Shown piece by piece: positions 61,901-64,000 of a stretch of 64,000 nt of DNA. Origin of the DNA: a virus; the IMG/VR virus record IMGVR_UViG_3300036886_000043, positions 1 through 64,000 of that record; one strand, given 5' to 3'. A program made the translations under genes and the position numbers. Below the pieces are notes generated by a model that saw only the letters and a program-made list of their open reading frames with translations, was not told where the DNA came from and did no database searches. The first letter of the stretch is position 1. Each line of letters begins with the position of its first letter.

Positions 61901-64000
61901 GGGAATCAATCGATGGAAAAGTTGTCGATGAGGTTGGGGACCGCGTAGACCCGAAGAAGCCGGTTGTGGTAATCATGTTCCCATCCGAAGAGGAGGCGAC
62001 TTCGGCAGTGAGCCGAATTGCCGATGGCAAGGACAAGATTAACGGCGCCGAACTGATTCATGGGAAAGACGGAACCTGGGCGATGAAGATCAGCGCTGCG
62101 ACGAAGATTCCGCGGGGAAGTTTGTTCCAAGAGTTGCCAAAAAGTGAAATTATGCTGGCAAACAGACGGCCAAATGTCGTTGTTCGCCAACTGAAAGACA
62201 TCGATGGCAATGTACTTGGACAAATTGTTGAACCCTATGATGGGACAGAGGAAGGAGCAATTAAAGCTGCTCGTATAACATACGACAAAATGATTAGACT
62301 GCCACGTTACGGTATGTCGGGGATGAGTAGAGTTGCGGCTACAGATGCAGAAGGAACCCCGAAATGGATGATTTCTCCCTATAGCAGTTCCGCCTACAAA
62401 GAAAGCATAGCGGAAATTGGCACAGATGAAGCTCGTGAGATGTTCGATTTTCCAGAGAAGGTAGGATCGAGAACAAGACGTGTTGATACACGCGCTTTAC
62501 TGGCTAAGTGGGACGAAGAAGCAAAACAGGCAATAGAAGCGAAGAAAAAAGATTTTCTCGAAAAGACGGCGCAGCGTTCACCGATTGCTCCGCCTTCTGC
62601 TCATCCATCTGCGGATGTTATGACGATTGCCGAGCGTCATCCCGGCCTTCAACTCGAAGACCTTGAGAAGCGGCTGCGCGAAACACCATCGTACAAAACA
62701 TTTGAGCGCCGGTTGGTTCAAGGCCAGATTGACAGACTCAAGGCGAGAATCAGGAACGAAGCAGGGCTCAATGAACCGGAGCCGCAGCGTGATCCTGAAT
62801 TGCCAAAACAAGTATTGCAAGAGGTGAAAAATGCCCAAGCATCCGACAGAGGAAGAACAGCGAATGATGACGCTCCTGGGATTTCAAAGCCTCCGCGAGT
62901 TGGAGGAATTCCTAAACCTCCCCAGTTGGGGGTGTCAGGATATGCAGGAGCCAAGCGTGGAGGGCCAACTCCAAGAAGCAGCGTACCAAGAGCGCCAGTA
63001 AACCTTGAGAACGTCAAGCCGGTGACTCTGGAGCCGCTGGCAGGCGTCCGCGGTGAGCCGGTAGGAATGACCACTGGCGAGAAGTTCGACCAGAAGGCGT
63101 GGGTTGAGAGAAAGAAAAAAGGTGGTATAGCTGAGGGCACGCCGTATCCTACGTGGGCACTTGAGCATAAGACTGCATCGCAATTGATGAGCGGACAGCC
63201 AGTAGTTGTCCAGACCGTGATGAGTGCGTTGGAACAAGGAGATGGTGTTGTCGTCGTGACGCCTCCTGGCACGGGGAAATCGAAATATGTTGGTCCGGCT
63301 ATCATCAAGGAATACTTGCGTAAGAAACCAGACGCGAACATCCTAAATGTGTCGATGAATAAGCGTCTGCTTAAAGAAGCAAAGAAGAGTGCTGCAAACA
63401 ATTTCGGACTTGACTATGATCTTGATCCCCCAAGTGGTGAGCCGGGAATCTATTGTGTGAGTTTTATGGGGATGCTAAACAACGAGATTTACAAGAATAC
63501 GAAGTGGGATTTGGTGTTAGTAGACGAGAGCGGTGGGGCTCGAAGGGCGCATGACGAAAATACGCAGTGGGGTCCAATGTTGATGGATGTGGTTGCTAAC
63601 TCAGAGAAGGCTGTCTACATGAGCGCCACTCCCTTCCACTCCCCAAATGAATACTTTTATATCTACGATAAGCTGAATCTCGGGCCGAAGGGACAGTTCG
63701 ACAAGTGGATTCAGGAGAACTTCGCTCACGAGAAGATTGGAGACAAGATCGTTGCGCGTCTCGACCCCGGCAAACAGGCGAAGTTGAGAGAGCAGTTAAT
63801 CGCGGATGGCCGGTTTGTTTCTCAGGCAATCTCGTATGACGGCTATAACGCGCATTTTGGAGTAGTGCCGGTCACTGACCACATGAAGCGCGGCCTCGAC
63901 CGCATCAGAGAAGGGTTTGACAGGGCCAGGGATCAGTTTGTGCGGATGGGCAAGCAGGGGCTCGCAAGGAAAGCCGCAGCGTTTGAGGCGGTTTACACGA
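55915..64000 (+). CDS. Giant polyvalent (DarB-like) protein, 3' truncated: DdrB-like ParB domain, zincin metallopeptidase, SF2 helicase
   Basis: Frame apparently open to window end (about 2695 codons; spot-checked, and no closed ORF in this frame in the track); YRLV...ISH...YPKVLQPRE near 59100, ADKTTAIHEFIH near 61420, TPPGTGKS near 63260, LVLVDES near 63520, YMSATP near 63620. Confidence 0.85.
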   Translation, partial: MADQQTWNPVPELKQKYPGLKDWSDEKIYNNLSDPNKFRSAFPQYANLGDDVIKRNIDHLKPSIQPQAAPANVQAPVMPSKAPEQRPPDELRAWTPTPLQEASIWFRNTQTGKTLANSFNDIRQMASSAWTKAQEPFGGDPEDVENLRKKQNQFIDDYFPESIAGSKKVASAVRGGAKGALQFGEELTSPVQIGLMVGTFGESALARTAASMGLPKLVPAARVMGKLIQAQFISQMVEGGYTSIRDSVKTYISGDWDTATQQAVVGLGSLLMARAGISHAEATEKIHADLDKTAVEKHGQKFNKLSPENQGLVIEETVNRSPEYKAMMETVDAKNAEVADSIQKKRQMQVARYSGIAWDQAWNPDAAHRAVDALHAERAETARKEQVQKVVGTIRARVKQRTDEIKAENEERLAAAREGREEKRKAAAEDRESVQQTAEEIIKGRDETFAGRQAIGEIPTEEEMSRPVEAAVDNSGHVSYPVQYWGEENRFGVGTDGERHSVYRQTPRGVEWLDRSGNFTETPEALYFNTDDKTSDTVARLSSLKLESDGVAAQPEATAEQVKDAETLGEIRRQLIEGEINAAEAQKRAGIAEKTTLPDVYAAAREGRLSGPFSEKSATDYEHEVVLELLNNGASEEEVQATLESLPALARVDIERNLHHVYQPGDYIISKRDVKWTLDAKGLLHPSDGGISVPLMKRGTYSNQAMQLAASGRVGYGTKTRLERRADFSRNRDIKRQIAVRQEEFDREMRVAQQNAGLEAIPQEGDVHYEGEREERRKQFLGRPPVPEETHKARVERRAAYKASNDPNNIINQLAKQFGVTPDEVMRIGLSERTPTIEAKVASLEVGDRVSDPFRPDRPWIVEEKNGQTYLRSGQANPIPFDRLNPSPRVFQILEKGDITHDRDWTAEEKEKVAFEKPYLVHQRFLVDGVRDRMEGKVVDPEPKTQVQAETQAAAAESRKAAAHSVAVEAAEKATNPEIAHDDTPEKAVAKAEELARKAEDAKKVAKEAVAQSAEAKAKTGPKGNFPQRYVPNYPLGKPTTIDQNGRQLKAHYRLVPVGAVIISHTWKGDTLVRTPENEYPKVLQPREPNERTILQRRIDAQRFSRSEDGRISGYNFDKYANKTIDAMSGPTVVEHGLRSVAGTGRFQRFLMHIQVLKEIPDVEEREGALAVLKERLVKLAEDSGFRVYPEDGQFHIVVRELDDPIQTMEEATKLGLLFNESEADNISDSQKGLVYSRSFDQDVINKIGRMVEGSEGGMNAAMRDNPLFFAEVVASRFDIPVSQASAWFVKDKMGNDVLTEEGERLFRRAMNGYVIQDPDLLAGVENEVAYRAFENAIGYISRLKAFPELDLTGKIKESLEAARLTGSVNRDLAASGDPWDAVYQPSQIDLAGMEEEPPPEPDRMTETLWRSLNASKVAAPRVFSDRMKRWISDEDTQAGMFDSTEKALEKPVDKFNRVFAPELKQVALRRNKGTPREGTPDGWMLSQTEYDAAMQGREVSDEERVEEKPEATPKFEHMDLVTVVRGPGDLTTNVPGWVSDVLPDGRLKVVPDSKLHGGMMTVPAEWVVKREETPKFGPPPKAASTVEVGKRVTFTPTNFNHNEIVGVVRDTITSTSGAKGYQIVDDAGIEHRVWEKDGTIGAETKAVDQKAINGLNDEERSLRKRQAVLEAQVKKPSGMIPPAITSELNVKRSAELHDIQKRLDAIIDERRKLMKGGIKPPPEAASPAVVADRKIAAEKTEQGYITPHTFKEMLNAFPVTKENAGTIYDTAKALAAARWERRKPEGVEHKDALAWVLKEIGFKGIEKGDDPRHRGEYDFATGVMRLNKAADKTTAIHEFIHAISPLLDEEEWEQIDTIKVNKAAYKREYGKDWAYTGQNERMEKLAYGSEKFFRDENAVDFQPGFELRKVLKDIKEMFISVYRKLQSDPLSPFKLSDDFRQWMADNLGITGFDVADDWREEVKKARAAEKKIVRPEEQPHPVVTLARELGGTGLRESIDGKVVDEVGDRVDPKKPVVVIMFPSEEEATSAVSRIADGKDKINGAELIHGKDGTWAMKISAATKIPRGSLFQELPKSEIMLANRRPNVVVRQLKDIDGNVLGQIVEPYDGTEEGAIKAARITYDKMIRLPRYGMSGMSRVAATDAEGTPKWMISPYSSSAYKESIAEIGTDEAREMFDFPEKVGSRTRRVDTRALLAKWDEEAKQAIEAKKKDFLEKTAQRSPIAPPSAHPSADVMTIAERHPGLQLEDLEKRLRETPSYKTFERRLVQGQIDRLKARIRNEAGLNEPEPQRDPELPKQVLQEVKNAQASDRGRTANDDAPGISKPPRVGGIPKPPQLGVSGYAGAKRGGPTPRSSVPRAPVNLENVKPVTLEPLAGVRGEPVGMTTGEKFDQKAWVERKKKGGIAEGTPYPTWALEHKTASQLMSGQPVVVQTVMSALEQGDGVVVVTPPGTGKSKYVGPAIIKEYLRKKPDANILNVSMNKRLLKEAKKSAANNFGLDYDLDPPSGEPGIYCVSFMGMLNNEIYKNTKWDLVLVDESGGARRAHDENTQWGPMLMDVVANSEKAVYMSATPFHSPNEYFYIYDKLNLGPKGQFDKWIQENFAHEKIGDKIVARLDPGKQAKLREQLIADGRFVSQAISYDGYNAHFGVVPVTDHMKRGLDRIREGFDRARDQFVRMGKQGLARKAAAFEAVYT

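Noticed and set aside
1-64000. Integrase, att site, DNA polymerase, lysin or tmRNA
   Set aside because: None was recognisable in this window, so lifestyle and host cannot be assigned.

Overview
A 64 kb segment of a tailed dsDNA phage (or prophage) with essentially all genes on the + strand. The podovirus-like virion module runs TerL, portal, scaffold, major capsid, adaptors, tail nozzle, ejection proteins and a giant polyvalent protein that continues off the right edge. The left 15 kb is a dense early region of small ORFs with sigma70-type promoters. The window also carries a ParB-like gene, peptide deformylase, SprT-like protease, a truncated replication-initiator-like gene, a LexA DNA-binding domain, a J-domain protein and a glycosyl/methyltransferase cluster. 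At 45.2-49.7 kb is an array of 35 tRNA or tRNA-like genes covering all 20 amino acids. Main finding: three blocks of this array are each preceded by a promoter, a 22-23 aa leader peptide and a terminator/antiterminator switch. The codons of each leader match the tRNAs of the block it precedes (12/12, 12/12 and 6/7 tRNAs). This looks like a ribosome-mediated attenuation system that switches on phage tRNA sets when the matching host tRNAs fail. Other notable items are two D-arm-less rearranged tRNA-Arg genes, about 20 copies of a 15-bp palindrome TTCCAAANTTTGGAA, and a stand-alone duplicate of the terminase nuclease domain. All calls were made by eye; no searches were run, and the host is not established.
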